Below, in pieces: positions 1 to 8,446 of a stretch of 64,000 bases of DNA; position 1 is the first letter of the stretch; each line of letters opens with the position of its first letter. Under the pieces are notes generated by a model that was not told the origin of the DNA, did not search any database, and was given only the letters and a program-made list of their open reading frames with translations. The DNA lies in assembly GCF_040219635.1 (NCBI RefSeq), contig NZ_JAVJSC010000003.1, positions 548,120-612,119 on the forward strand, given 5' to 3'. The translations under genes were made by a program, and so were the position numbers. The stretch comes from Pyruvatibacter sp. (GTDB lineage Bacteria > Pseudomonadota > Alphaproteobacteria > CGMCC-115125).

Positions 1-281
1 CGCTGCTGCACGCCGGTTTCAACTTTCGCCCAGTCCCCTTTTGAGATGACGCGCGGAATGATGTCGAACGGCAACACCCGGTCGATCACATTTTTTTTCG
101 TATAGACCGTGAACGTAATGCCTGAATTGAAAAGCTCGCGCTCTGCTTCGCGCGCCCGCCTGCGCAGTTCGCGCATGTCCAGCGGATCCAGCAGTTTTCG
201 GACCGGCGTTGCAAACCTGGCCGGCTCATCAACCGCGCCGGTCAATTCGCAGTAAAAATCGCCCGCATCGTAATCCGCCAT
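1..281 (-). CDS. circularly permuted type-2 ATP-grasp protein, N-terminal part (gene runs off the left edge)
   Basis: Own translation of the minus strand from ATG at 281 (in-frame GTG at 368 also possible): MADYDAGDFYCEL...AERELFNSGITFTVY...DRVLPFDIIPRVISKGDWAKVETGVQQ. This matches the GITF-VY / PFD-IPR block I recall for this family. It is absent from the ORF track because there is no stop in the window. Confidence 0.5.
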   Translation of the reverse strand, partial: MADYDAGDFYCELTGAVDEPARFATPVRKLLDPLDMRELRRRAREAERELFNSGITFTVYTKKNVIDRVLPFDIIPRVISKGDWAKVETGVQQ

Positions 282-590
282 CAGGCTGGGCACGTCGGGA
301 GCCGCCACGGCACCGCTCCGGGGGCGCGGCGAGGCAGATGGCTTTTTCTTCTGTCCTGTCTTTGTCACGGCAGTATTCCTAGCATCTTCGCCAGCGAGTT
401 TCAATTTTTGCATGTTTGGTGGGCAGAATAGGGGACGCGGAAGGTTTGCACATTTTTTGGGCGAACGGGCGCGCCGCTGTTTATTCTTGCATCCGCCACA
501 AACGCGGAGTTAGGCTACGCAATAACAGGCGCGATCAACGCGCTCGGCAGACTGAAAGACCGCCACACACCCCTTGGGAGGGACCCCACC

Positions 591-1850
591 ATGAGCCAGG
601 CTGTATCAAGTGACGCAGGTGCACCCGCACCGCTCACCAGCAAGACCAACATCGCCGACCCCGATCTGTGGGATCGCAACCTTTATTTTCCGATCTTCGA
701 ACAGATGCGCGCGCAGGACCCGGTGCACTACTGCGCGGAAAGCGAATATGGCCCGTACTGGTCGGTGACGCGCTACGACGATATTATGGCGGTAGACACC
801 AACAATCACGTTTATTCATCAGAAGCAGACCATGGCGGCATCGTCATTGATGACCGCATCACCATTGATCCCGAGCGGGACTTCAAGGCCGTCAGCTTCA
901 TCTCGATGGACCAGCCAAAGCACGACGAACACCGCAAGGCTGTGAACGGCATCACCAACCCGAACAATCTGCAGCACTTCGGCACCATCATCCGCGAGCG
1001 CACCAGCAACCTGCTGGACAGCCTGCCCGTGGGCGAAGAGTTCGACTGGGTGCCAACAGTCTCCATCGAGCTGACCACGCAGATGCTGGCGACCCTGTTC
1101 GACTTTCCCTTCGAGGAACGTCACAAGCTCACCCGGTGGTCTGATGTCATCACGGCAGAGCCGGGGTCGCCCATTGTCGAAAGTCAGGAAGCCCGCATCG
1201 CTGAGCTGAACGAGATGGCCGGATACTTCATGGCCCTCAAGCAAAGCCGCCTCGCCAACCCGGACGGCATCGACCTGCTGACCATGATGAGCCACCACCC
1301 GGCGACCGCGGAAATGTCGCCCGAAGAGTTCATGGGAACGCTATCGCTACTGATTGTCGGCGGCAACGACACCACCCGCAACTCTATGTCCGGTGGCGTG
1401 TACGGCTTTAGTCAGTTCCCGGATCAATGGGCAAAGATGGTGGCCGACCCCTCGCTGATCGACAACGCCGTCGCGGAACTGATCCGCTGGCAGACGCCGC
1501 TGGCCCACATGCGCCGCACCGCCCTTGAAGACGCCGTGCTGGGCGGCAAACAGATCCGCAAGGGCGACAAGGTGGTGATGTGGTATGCGTCAGGCAACCG
1601 CGACACAGCCATTTTTGATGATCCCGACGTCATCCGGATTGACCGCAAGAACGCCCGTCGGCATCTATCGTTCGGCTTTGGCATTCACCGCTGCATGGGC
1701 AACCGCATCGGCGAGCTGCAACTGCGCATCCTGTGGGAAGAAGTGCTCAAGCGCTTTTCACGTATTGAAGTGACGGGCGCACCCGTGCTCACCAAATCCA
1801 ACTTCGTGAAGGGATATGCGTCGTTGCCGGTGAAACTGCACGCCCTTTAG
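591..1850 (+). CDS. cytochrome P450, CYP153-like (alkane/terminal hydroxylase type)
   Basis: 419-aa ORF with GGGAGGGA upstream of the ATG. Haem loop FGFGIHRCMGNRIGE; I-helix LLIVGGNDTTRNSM, which is typical of CYP153. Confidence 0.9.
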   Translation: MSQAVSSDAGAPAPLTSKTNIADPDLWDRNLYFPIFEQMRAQDPVHYCAESEYGPYWSVTRYDDIMAVDTNNHVYSSEADHGGIVIDDRITIDPERDFKAVSFISMDQPKHDEHRKAVNGITNPNNLQHFGTIIRERTSNLLDSLPVGEEFDWVPTVSIELTTQMLATLFDFPFEERHKLTRWSDVITAEPGSPIVESQEARIAELNEMAGYFMALKQSRLANPDGIDLLTMMSHHPATAEMSPEEFMGTLSLLIVGGNDTTRNSMSGGVYGFSQFPDQWAKMVADPSLIDNAVAELIRWQTPLAHMRRTALEDAVLGGKQIRKGDKVVMWYASGNRDTAIFDDPDVIRIDRKNARRHLSFGFGIHRCMGNRIGELQLRILWEEVLKRFSRIEVTGAPVLTKSNFVKGYASLPVKLHAL

Positions 1851-1870
1851 GCGCAAAAACACAGTCAACA

Positions 1871-1903
1871 AAAAGGCCCGGCGGTGTGTCGCCGGGCCTT
1901 TTT
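1871..1903. terminator. bidirectional rho-independent terminator between convergent genes
   Basis: aaaa-GGCCCGGCG-gtgtgt-CGCCGGGCC-ttttt: a 9-bp GC stem flanked by an A-run and a T-run, lying between the P450 stop (1850) and the TauE stop (1906). Confidence 0.8.
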
Positions 1904-1905
1904 AA

Positions 1906-2673
1906 TTACACTGCCTGCCAGATGATGAGCGCGCCGACGCCCATTACCACGCTGGCAAAGACCGTTCCCAGCACATTGCCCCTGCGCCCCAATGCACGCG
2001 ACGTGCGCTGCCCAGCAAAGCCGCCGACCACCCCGCCCGTGATCATCGCAAACGCGACCGGCCAGTCCACGAGGCCGGACACGCCATAGTTTGCAGCGGT
2101 TGTGGCGCCAAACGCCAGCACTGCAACAAGCGATGTGCCAACGGCAACCGAGAGCGGCATCCGCGTGGCCGCCATCAGCCCCGGCGCGATCAGGAAACCG
2201 CCACCGATCCCGAAAAAACCTGCGCCCGTCCCGGCCCCCAACCCAAACGGCACCAGACGGGGCAGCAGCTCGCGTGCCGTGTCCAGCGTCAGCCGGACAT
2301 CGGGTTGTTCCTCACGCGTTTTTGGTACCAGCGTCCAGATGCCAATCAGGATCATTGCCGCGCCAAACGCTGCAAGCAACGCGTCGCCGTCAATGGCTTT
2401 ACCAAGACTTGACCCGGCATACGCACCCACAATGCCCGACAGGCTGAACACCATTGCGCAGCGCCACTTCACAGTGCCTGCCCGCGCATGGGCCACCAGC
2501 CCCGAAGCGGCATTCGCAGCAACACCCACCGCCGCCGTGCCGATAGCAATGTGCGGGCTGGCCACACCGACAACGTAAAGCAGCAGCGGAACGGCAAGGA
2601 TCGATCCGCCGCCGCCCACCAGACCAAGAATGAACCCCACCAGCACACCCACGCCGCCCGCGAGCACCAGCAT
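1906..2673 (-). CDS. TauE/SafE (DUF81) family sulfite/anion exporter
   Basis: Polytopic Gly/Ala-rich membrane protein with the repeated GGGGSILAVPLL / GIGGGFLIAPGL signature. The track ORF extends to 2790, but that would overlap the upstream gene (stop at 2700). The internal ATG at 2673 (MLVLAGG...) is more likely. Confidence 0.75.
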   Translation of the reverse strand: MLVLAGGVGVLVGFILGLVGGGGSILAVPLLLYVVGVASPHIAIGTAAVGVAANAASGLVAHARAGTVKWRCAMVFSLSGIVGAYAGSSLGKAIDGDALLAAFGAAMILIGIWTLVPKTREEQPDVRLTLDTARELLPRLVPFGLGAGTGAGFFGIGGGFLIAPGLMAATRMPLSVAVGTSLVAVLAFGATTAANYGVSGLVDWPVAFAMITGGVVGGFAGQRTSRALGRRGNVLGTVFASVVMGVGALIIWQAV

Positions 2674-2699
2674 GGTCGGGTCCGCCAGAAAGGCCTCCA

Positions 2700-3248
2700 C
2701 TAGACCGCCATCCGGTCGGACGCGGAACTGCCGGCACGCGGCATCCGGTTCCACGGCATCAACGCCAAAAGCCGCGCCATGCCGCACCACCCCGATGCCC
2801 CGGCAAAAAACAGCCCGGCCCCGACAAACCCGGACAGAGCCAGGAAGCCCGGCGATACGAAATACCCAAGCATCACGCCCAACAGCACAAGGCCGCCAGC
2901 GGTCATCTGCACCTGCCGCATGATTTCAAGCGGTGCCCCGGGCGTGCGCTCCACGGCAAGCCCCGCCTTCTTCCAGGCATCCAGCCCGCCTTCAAGCACA
3001 TATGCCTTGCCCGCCGTGCTGGCGGCGAGGGCAGCCGCGTGAGCCTGGGTCCGCGCCCCGGACCGGCAATGAAAAATGATGTCGTCGCCTTCGGTATCAA
3101 GCTGCTGCGGCAAGGCGGAAGCAGGCACGCACCTGGCTCCTGCGATCCGCTCGCGCAGATGCTCGTCGCGCTCGCGCACATCAATGAGGCGGGTGCCCCT
3201 GGCAATGCGCTGCTGCGCATCCTGCGGGGTAAGGGGATGAAGTGTCAT
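2700..3248 (-). CDS. rhodanese domain + DUF2892 membrane protein (YgaP-like sulfurtransferase)
   Basis: Active-site loop FHCRSGARTQ in an N-terminal rhodanese fold. C-terminal two-TM segment ending ...GWCGMARLLALMPWN, typical of YgaP/DUF2892. Confidence 0.8.
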   Translation of the reverse strand: MTLHPLTPQDAQQRIARGTRLIDVRERDEHLRERIAGARCVPASALPQQLDTEGDDIIFHCRSGARTQAHAAALAASTAGKAYVLEGGLDAWKKAGLAVERTPGAPLEIMRQVQMTAGGLVLLGVMLGYFVSPGFLALSGFVGAGLFFAGASGWCGMARLLALMPWNRMPRAGSSASDRMAV

Positions 3249-3260
3249 GACGGTCGTCCT

Positions 3261-3653
3261 TTATGGCTTGAAGTAGGGGGGCCGGCCTGAAGAAGGGGGG
3301 CGGCCTGAAGAGGTGTCTGCCGCATCGGGCGGACAGAAAATGTCGTGCAGCACCATCACCAGTTGCTCCACGCGTGCGTCACTGATGCGGTAGAAAACCG
3401 TCTGGCCATCGCGGCGGGTGCCCACCAGGCCATCGTCACGCAACAAGGCAAGGTGCTGCGACAACGCTGACTGCGACAGCCCCACATCGCCCGCAAGCGC
3501 GCCGACAGACGCTTCGCCGATTTCGATCAGCCGGCACAACACCAGCAATCGCTTTTCGTTCGACAGGGTCTTGAGAAAGGCTGCTGCTTCGGCAGCGTTT
3601 TCAGCCATGTCCTGTGCCCGGTTATCGGCAGGCGTTTTGGGTGTGTCGATCAC
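3261..3653 (-). CDS. ArsR/SmtB-family transcriptional regulator (BigR-like)
   Basis: wHTH LSNEKRLLVLCRL...VGALAGDVGLSQSALSQHLALLRDDGLV. Divergent from an MBL-fold hydrolase, as in BigR operons. Confidence 0.85.
   Translation of the reverse strand: MIDTPKTPADNRAQDMAENAAEAAAFLKTLSNEKRLLVLCRLIEIGEASVGALAGDVGLSQSALSQHLALLRDDGLVGTRRDGQTVFYRISDARVEQLVMVLHDIFCPPDAADTSSGRPPSSGRPPYFKP
3276..3311. repeat. 18-bp tandem duplication (x2) in the 3' end of the ArsR-family gene
   Basis: ggggggccggcctgaaga / aggggggcggcctgaaga. On the coding strand this encodes SSGRPP-SSGRPP just before the stop. Confidence 0.9.
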
Positions 3654-3667
3654 GGAACATCCTATAT

Positions 3668-3683
3668 ATTAGTTATTGCTAAT
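3668..3683. promoter_or_regulatory. candidate ArsR/BigR operator (inverted repeat ATTAG-N6-CTAAT) in the divergent promoter
   Basis: Perfect 5-bp arms in the only AT-rich stretch (3661-3702) between the divergent regulator and MBL genes. A TATAAT-like box follows at about 3693. Confidence 0.45.
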
Positions 3684-3741
3684 TTAGAGAGTTATAATAT
3701 ATATGTCAAGCAACATGACAGCCATACCGAGGAGAGCAGAC

Positions 3742-4614
3742 ATGACCATGCGCGCCGATGTGCAGGGCTTCTTTGACGCTGATACCAATACGGTGAGTTA
3801 TCTGGTGTCTGAACCAGGCGGGCCAGCGGCCGCCATCATCGACCCGGTTCTTAACTACGACCACGCCAGCGGCACCTTCACGAAGTCCGGCGCACAGGCC
3901 ATTCTGGATGCAGCCGCTGCCCGCGGCCTGACCATCAGGTGGATTCTTGAGACCCATGCCCATGCGGATCATCTGTCTGCCGCGCCATTCATAAAATCCA
4001 AAACAGGCGCGCCGGTTGCCATCGGCGAGCACATCACCGATGTGCAGCAGATTTTCAGCACGGTGTTTGACGCAACCGACGTCAGCAGATCAGGAGCTGA
4101 GTTTGATCGTCTGTTCACGGACGGTGAAACGTTTGACATCGGCACTCTGACAGCAAGGGTCATTCACACCCCCGGCCATACGCCGGCCTGCGTGTCCTAC
4201 CAGATCGGCGACGCGGTATTTGTCGGTGATACGCTGTTCATGCCGGACTACGGCACCGCGCGGGCGGATTTTCCAGGCGGCGATGCCGGCACGCTGTACC
4301 AGTCAATTCACAAACTGCTGGCACTGCCGCCGGAAACGCGGCTGTTCGTGTGCCATGACTACCTGCCCGCAGACGGGCGCGATATCCACGCATGGGAAAC
4401 CACGGTGGCAGCTCAACGGACCGGCAACGTGCATGTGCATGATGGCGTCGCGCAGGCAGATTTTGTGCGGATGCGGCACACCCGCGACAAGTCCCTGGCA
4501 GCACCGGCATTGCTGCTGCCGTCCGTTCAGGTCAACATCCGCGCAGGGCACCTGCCGCCCGCATCACCCAACGGCACCAATTATTTGCGCATCCCGATAA
4601 AACCGGCCGCCTGA
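3742..4614 (+). CDS. MBL-fold metallo-hydrolase (Blh/ETHE1-like persulfide dioxygenase candidate)
   Basis: HAHADH zinc/iron motif. GGAGAG lies 5 nt before the ATG at 3742 (the track ORF starts at 3703). Sits in a BigR-type gene context. Confidence 0.8.
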   Translation: MTMRADVQGFFDADTNTVSYLVSEPGGPAAAIIDPVLNYDHASGTFTKSGAQAILDAAAARGLTIRWILETHAHADHLSAAPFIKSKTGAPVAIGEHITDVQQIFSTVFDATDVSRSGAEFDRLFTDGETFDIGTLTARVIHTPGHTPACVSYQIGDAVFVGDTLFMPDYGTARADFPGGDAGTLYQSIHKLLALPPETRLFVCHDYLPADGRDIHAWETTVAAQRTGNVHVHDGVAQADFVRMRHTRDKSLAAPALLLPSVQVNIRAGHLPPASPNGTNYLRIPIKPAA

Positions 4615-4632
4615 GCAAACACTTCGGTCGCG

Positions 4633-5217
4633 TTACCAGTTTTGCGACCCCGGCCCGCCCTTGATCGGGCCCTTGATGGCGCGCGTGACCCAGCCTGCAT
4701 AATAGCCGCCGGGCTGCGGCACGACCTTCTCAGATCCGACAAAACACGCATCCACCCGCGCGGGATAAAACGCAACCCACCCGGCAATGCGCGCCATGTT
4801 TGCGTCCAGATCGTCCAGCGGCTCAGGGTAGGCGAATGCTGCGTGCTCCACGCGCACACCAGGCAGCACCAGATCATAATGAACCGCCGCCCCCTTCCAT
4901 TCGCACACGGTTACATAATCGGTTTCACGCAACACGCCGTCAGCCACATCATCACGCGGCACGAAATACACCGGCGCACCAGCTGTTTCGACAACCCGCA
5001 ACGCCCGATCGCTTTTTGCTATTACCTGACCTGCATGTTCCACACGCACCGGACCAAGTGCGCCGCGCACCTGCGGCGGACGCGGATAGTCCCATACCGA
5101 TTCCTCACCCGCCGCCACAGGCTCAATCCGGGCAGGGCGCACGGAATTACGCCACGCATCACGCGCGCCCCCCACACGCTCAAGCAGCCACTTCTTGTCT
5201 GGTATCTTTTGCATCAA
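4633..5217 (-). CDS. DUF427 domain protein
   Basis: 194-aa ORF whose ...WDYPRPPQV...VYFVPRDDV...CEWKG...YY... pattern resembles DUF427 repeats as I recall them. Confidence 0.6.
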   Translation of the reverse strand: MMQKIPDKKWLLERVGGARDAWRNSVRPARIEPVAAGEESVWDYPRPPQVRGALGPVRVEHAGQVIAKSDRALRVVETAGAPVYFVPRDDVADGVLRETDYVTVCEWKGAAVHYDLVLPGVRVEHAAFAYPEPLDDLDANMARIAGWVAFYPARVDACFVGSEKVVPQPGGYYAGWVTRAIKGPIKGGPGSQNW

Positions 5218-5225
5218 TGCTCCGC

Positions 5226-6023
5226 TTACGGATAAACGGCCAGCGTCTGTTCGCTGACGGCAGCAGCCTGCCCTTCAGGGGTCCATAATGTTGTGACATG
5301 ATGACCATAGCCGTCACGCAAAGACGTCAACCGCGTGTGAATAAGCCACCAGCCGCCTTCATCAACCGGCGCTGGCGGCTCGAACAGCGACACCGACCAC
5401 GCCACCGTGCTGGACTTGGCCATGCCCGGCATTACGCCGATGGCAGGAGAGGGAATGGCGTCGGAAAACAACACGCTGAGCGCCTCAGGGCCGATCTGCC
5501 CGTCGCGGGCGCGCAGCCAGGTCAGACTGTCGGTTTCGGTGGAGCCTGAATAGGGAACCGCCCCGCGCACCCAGCGAAACTCGAAATGCTGCAAAAATTT
5601 TGGCATCAGACCGTCAATATAGGGCGCGGCCTCGATCATGTCCGGTGCGGGCGCGTCCGGCCACACAGGCGGCGGCACCCGGTCAACCGTATCCAGCGGC
5701 AAACCGAAGATCGCCCGCGTCGTTGCAACCCGCTCACCATCCTGAAACCCGATGGCGCGGATCTGCGTCAGGTTGCGGCCATCGCGCTCCATGGAGGCTT
5801 CAAACCGCAACGGCCCCGGTTGCGACGGGCGCACAAACGTCGTCTGCAATGCCCGCAGCCGACGGTCGGGAGCGGCCAGATGCCGCGCCGCCATCAGTCC
5901 AAGCGCCGCCACCAGCCCGCCAAAGGCCGCACGCCCCTGCAACCAGTCGTCAGTGATGGTAAAAATCGTCGCATCACCATCGCGCTCATATGCGGTGGTG
6001 AGGGTTTCAAGTGTTGAGGACAT
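5226..6023 (-). CDS. acyl-CoA thioesterase (TesB-like double hot-dog family)
   Basis: 265 aa. N-terminal ...WLQGRAAFGGLVAALGL... and the overall length fit the thioesterase-II-like family. Confidence 0.6.
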   Translation of the reverse strand: MSSTLETLTTAYERDGDATIFTITDDWLQGRAAFGGLVAALGLMAARHLAAPDRRLRALQTTFVRPSQPGPLRFEASMERDGRNLTQIRAIGFQDGERVATTRAIFGLPLDTVDRVPPPVWPDAPAPDMIEAAPYIDGLMPKFLQHFEFRWVRGAVPYSGSTETDSLTWLRARDGQIGPEALSVLFSDAIPSPAIGVMPGMAKSSTVAWSVSLFEPPAPVDEGGWWLIHTRLTSLRDGYGHHVTTLWTPEGQAAAVSEQTLAVYP

Positions 6024-6120
6024 GGGTGGGGTTTTCCGCTTTGTTTAGGTTAGACTTGGCGCAAACGCACACAGAAACAATGGCCGAAGAAGCCCAGAGA
6101 AGAAAAGAAACCTGAAACCA

Positions 6121-7341
6121 ATGAAAACAGTCATCCGCAACGGTCACATCCTCGATACAGCCACCATGAAAATGGGTGAAGCCCAAACCGTCACCATCGA
6201 GGACGGCGTCATCGTAGAGGTTGGCGGCACACCCGGCACCGGCGCCGACCACGACATTGATGCCAAAGGCGGCTTCGTATTGCCCGGCCTGATTGATGCT
6301 CACGTGCATTTTCGCCTGGCCACGCTGGATTTCAGCAAGCTGGCGTCCTGGACCGAAGTTGAATACGGCATTGCCATGACCCGCCTCGCCCGCGAAACCC
6401 TGGCGCGCGGCTTTACAACAGTGCGCGACATTGGCGGCGATGTATCCGGCCTGATGCGCGCCATCCGCACCGGCGCCATTCCCGGCCCACGCATTTTCCA
6501 TGCTGGCCGCATGTTGTCGCAAACCGGCGGCCATGCGGATGCTGAAGGCGGCCCGCGCCCGGTGCCAACCTGTGCCTGCGAAATGCGTCACACAGCATTT
6601 GGCATTGTGGCAGATGGTGTGGAGGCCGTGCGAAAGGCCGCGCGGCACAACCTGCGCGACGGGGTGGACTTCATAAAAATTCACGTCTCCGGCGGTGTGG
6701 CGACACCTTCCGATCCACTGGACTCGATCCAGTACACTCCCGAAGAGATCCGCACCGTTGTTCAGGAGGCGGAGCATCGCCATACCTATGTGGCCGCCCA
6801 CGCCTACAGCCCGCAATCCATTTCCATGGCAGTGGAAAACGGTGTGCACACCATTGAGCACGGCAATCTGCTGGACGCAGACGCTGCAGCGAAAATGGCA
6901 AAGGCGAATGCGGTTCTGGTACCAACCCTCGTCACTTACATTGCGATGCAGGAAGTCGGCAAACAACTTGGCCTGCCGCAAACCAACATCGACAAAAACA
7001 AGGTGGTGGCCGACGCAGGCATTGCATCCCTTGAAATTGCCAAGGCCGCCGGTGTCACCATGGGCTTTGGCACCGACCTCATCGGCGAAACACAGGGGAT
7101 GCAGAACCGTGAGTTCACCATCCGCGCGCAGGCCCTGACACCTGCCGACATTCTCCATGCCATGTATGTTGTGAACCCTCAGATCATGCGCCTTGAAGGT
7201 AAGGCCGGTGTCATCGCGCCGGGTGCTGCCGGTGACATTGTGATCGCCAATGCCAACCCGCTGGACGACATCAACGTGCTTGCCGACCCGGCAAAGAACT
7301 TCACCCACATTCTGCAGGCAGGCAGTCCCGTCAGCCGATAA
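6121..7341 (+). CDS. amidohydrolase family metal-dependent hydrolase
   Basis: GLIDAHVHF metal-binding motif, later HAYS / IEHG histidines, and a GTD aspartate near the C-terminus. Confidence 0.8.
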   Translation: MKTVIRNGHILDTATMKMGEAQTVTIEDGVIVEVGGTPGTGADHDIDAKGGFVLPGLIDAHVHFRLATLDFSKLASWTEVEYGIAMTRLARETLARGFTTVRDIGGDVSGLMRAIRTGAIPGPRIFHAGRMLSQTGGHADAEGGPRPVPTCACEMRHTAFGIVADGVEAVRKAARHNLRDGVDFIKIHVSGGVATPSDPLDSIQYTPEEIRTVVQEAEHRHTYVAAHAYSPQSISMAVENGVHTIEHGNLLDADAAAKMAKANAVLVPTLVTYIAMQEVGKQLGLPQTNIDKNKVVADAGIASLEIAKAAGVTMGFGTDLIGETQGMQNREFTIRAQALTPADILHAMYVVNPQIMRLEGKAGVIAPGAAGDIVIANANPLDDINVLADPAKNFTHILQAGSPVSR

Positions 7342-7358
7342 TCAGCAAGATCGCAGAT

Positions 7359-7565
7359 ATGAAAAACATGCTCCTCGCAGGGCTTCAGTTCCTCTTCAGG
7401 ATAGGCCCCATCCTTTTTGGCCTGGCGTTTCTGGCACCGGTCAGCGCAGAGCTGATGACGCTTGCAGGCATCATCCAGCCGTTCGGTATGCCCTCCATTT
7501 ATGTGGGCCTCATCATTGGCCTGAGTTGGGGCAGCTACGCCCTGCTGCGCGGGAGATGGATATGA
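7359..7565 (+). CDS. small hydrophobic membrane protein (hypothetical)
   Basis: 68-aa ORF with two predicted TM stretches. Its stop overlaps the start of the downstream desaturase, suggesting translational coupling. Confidence 0.4.
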   Translation: MKNMLLAGLQFLFRIGPILFGLAFLAPVSAELMTLAGIIQPFGMPSIYVGLIIGLSWGSYALLRGRWI

Positions 7566-8446
7566 ATACCCCTAGTCTCACCAAAGAGCGGGACGCAGAA
7601 CTGCGCACCCTTGAATACGCCATCGCCAAGAAATACACCGGCGGCACACCCTGGCGCATTGTTGCGTGGGGCATTGGCAATGTCGCGGTGTGGCTGTCTC
7701 TCTGGCCGCTGGTGATGACGGGCGCGCTGCCGCTATGGGCTGGCTTCATTATCGCCACACTGTGCGTCACCGTGTGTTACCTGCCGTCGCACGAAGCGCA
7801 GCACAACAACATCGCCCGCCCCGGCACGCGGCTTCGCTGGCTCAACGAACTGGTGGGGTATGTCTCAACCATTCCCATGGTGCTGCCGTACCGGACGGCA
7901 CGCCTCACCCACCTTGAGCACCACGCCCACACCAACAACCCGGAACTGGACCCGGATTATGGCGTGACCGCCAAAGGCTGGTGGGACGCAATCCGCACAT
8001 CCGTCATGGCGCGGATCGACCGCACCAGCGGTGGTGGCAACGCCGCCTATGCCCGCACCCTCGACAGGATTGGCGGCAAGGCGGCAGACAGAGCCCGCAT
8101 CGAAGCCCTCATCCAGTCACTGGCGTTCTGGATCATTCTGGCGGTGATGGCGTGGAGTGGCTTTGCTCTTGAAGCACTGCTGCTGTGGTGGCTGCCGCGC
8201 CACATCGGCGTGACATACATCCAGCTCCTGTTGAGTTGGGCACCCCACCACCCCGGCGAGTTGAAAGGCCGCTACAGGGATACGCGCGCCTTCAAGTATC
8301 CGTTCGGCAACATCGCCGCCATGGGGATGGAGTATCACATCATCCACCACCTGCACCCGTCGATCCCGCTGCACAAAAACATGCCCGCCTACCGCGAGCT
8401 GAAACCGATTCTCGAAGAACGCGGATGCGACCTGGGTGGGCTCTAG
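7556..8446 (+). CDS. membrane fatty-acid desaturase family (di-iron, three His boxes)
   Basis: His boxes HEAQHN, HLEHHAHTNNPELDPD and HIIHHLH. The track ORF (from 7250) has an implausible Pro/Arg-rich extension; the ATG at 7556 or 7562 is preferred. Confidence 0.8.
   Translation: MDMNTPSLTKERDAELRTLEYAIAKKYTGGTPWRIVAWGIGNVAVWLSLWPLVMTGALPLWAGFIIATLCVTVCYLPSHEAQHNNIARPGTRLRWLNELVGYVSTIPMVLPYRTARLTHLEHHAHTNNPELDPDYGVTAKGWWDAIRTSVMARIDRTSGGGNAAYARTLDRIGGKAADRARIEALIQSLAFWIILAVMAWSGFALEALLLWWLPRHIGVTYIQLLLSWAPHHPGELKGRYRDTRAFKYPFGNIAAMGMEYHIIHHLHPSIPLHKNMPAYRELKPILEERGCDLGGL

Noticed and set aside
416-613. 65-aa ORF (TTG start) in the spacer upstream of the first P450.
   Set aside because: It overlaps the P450 RBS and start, has no motif, and is more likely promoter or leader sequence.
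6007-7308. 433-aa ORF antisense to the amidohydrolase gene. Similar long antisense or alternative-frame ORFs occur at 20112-21260, 31463-32575, 13535-14266, 15459-16148, 24209-24904, 26084-26980, 45674-46234 and 56423-57148.
   Set aside because: All lie fully inside, and opposite to or out of frame with, genes that have clear family motifs. Their translations are Arg/Gly/His/Pro-rich low-complexity strings, which is typical of shadow ORFs in high-GC DNA. No recognisable motifs were seen.
7250-7555. Long N-terminal extensions offered by the ORF track for several genes: 7250 (desaturase), 8849 (fucosidase), 17901 (XdhC), 20488 (cytochrome c), 22988, 25234, 26500, 30631, 56207, 60907 and 61094.
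   Set aside because: The extensions overlap neighbouring genes or terminators and are Pro/Arg/Cys-rich. They are followed by internal ATG or GTG codons with better Shine-Dalgarno sequences at the point where the family-conserved N-termini begin.
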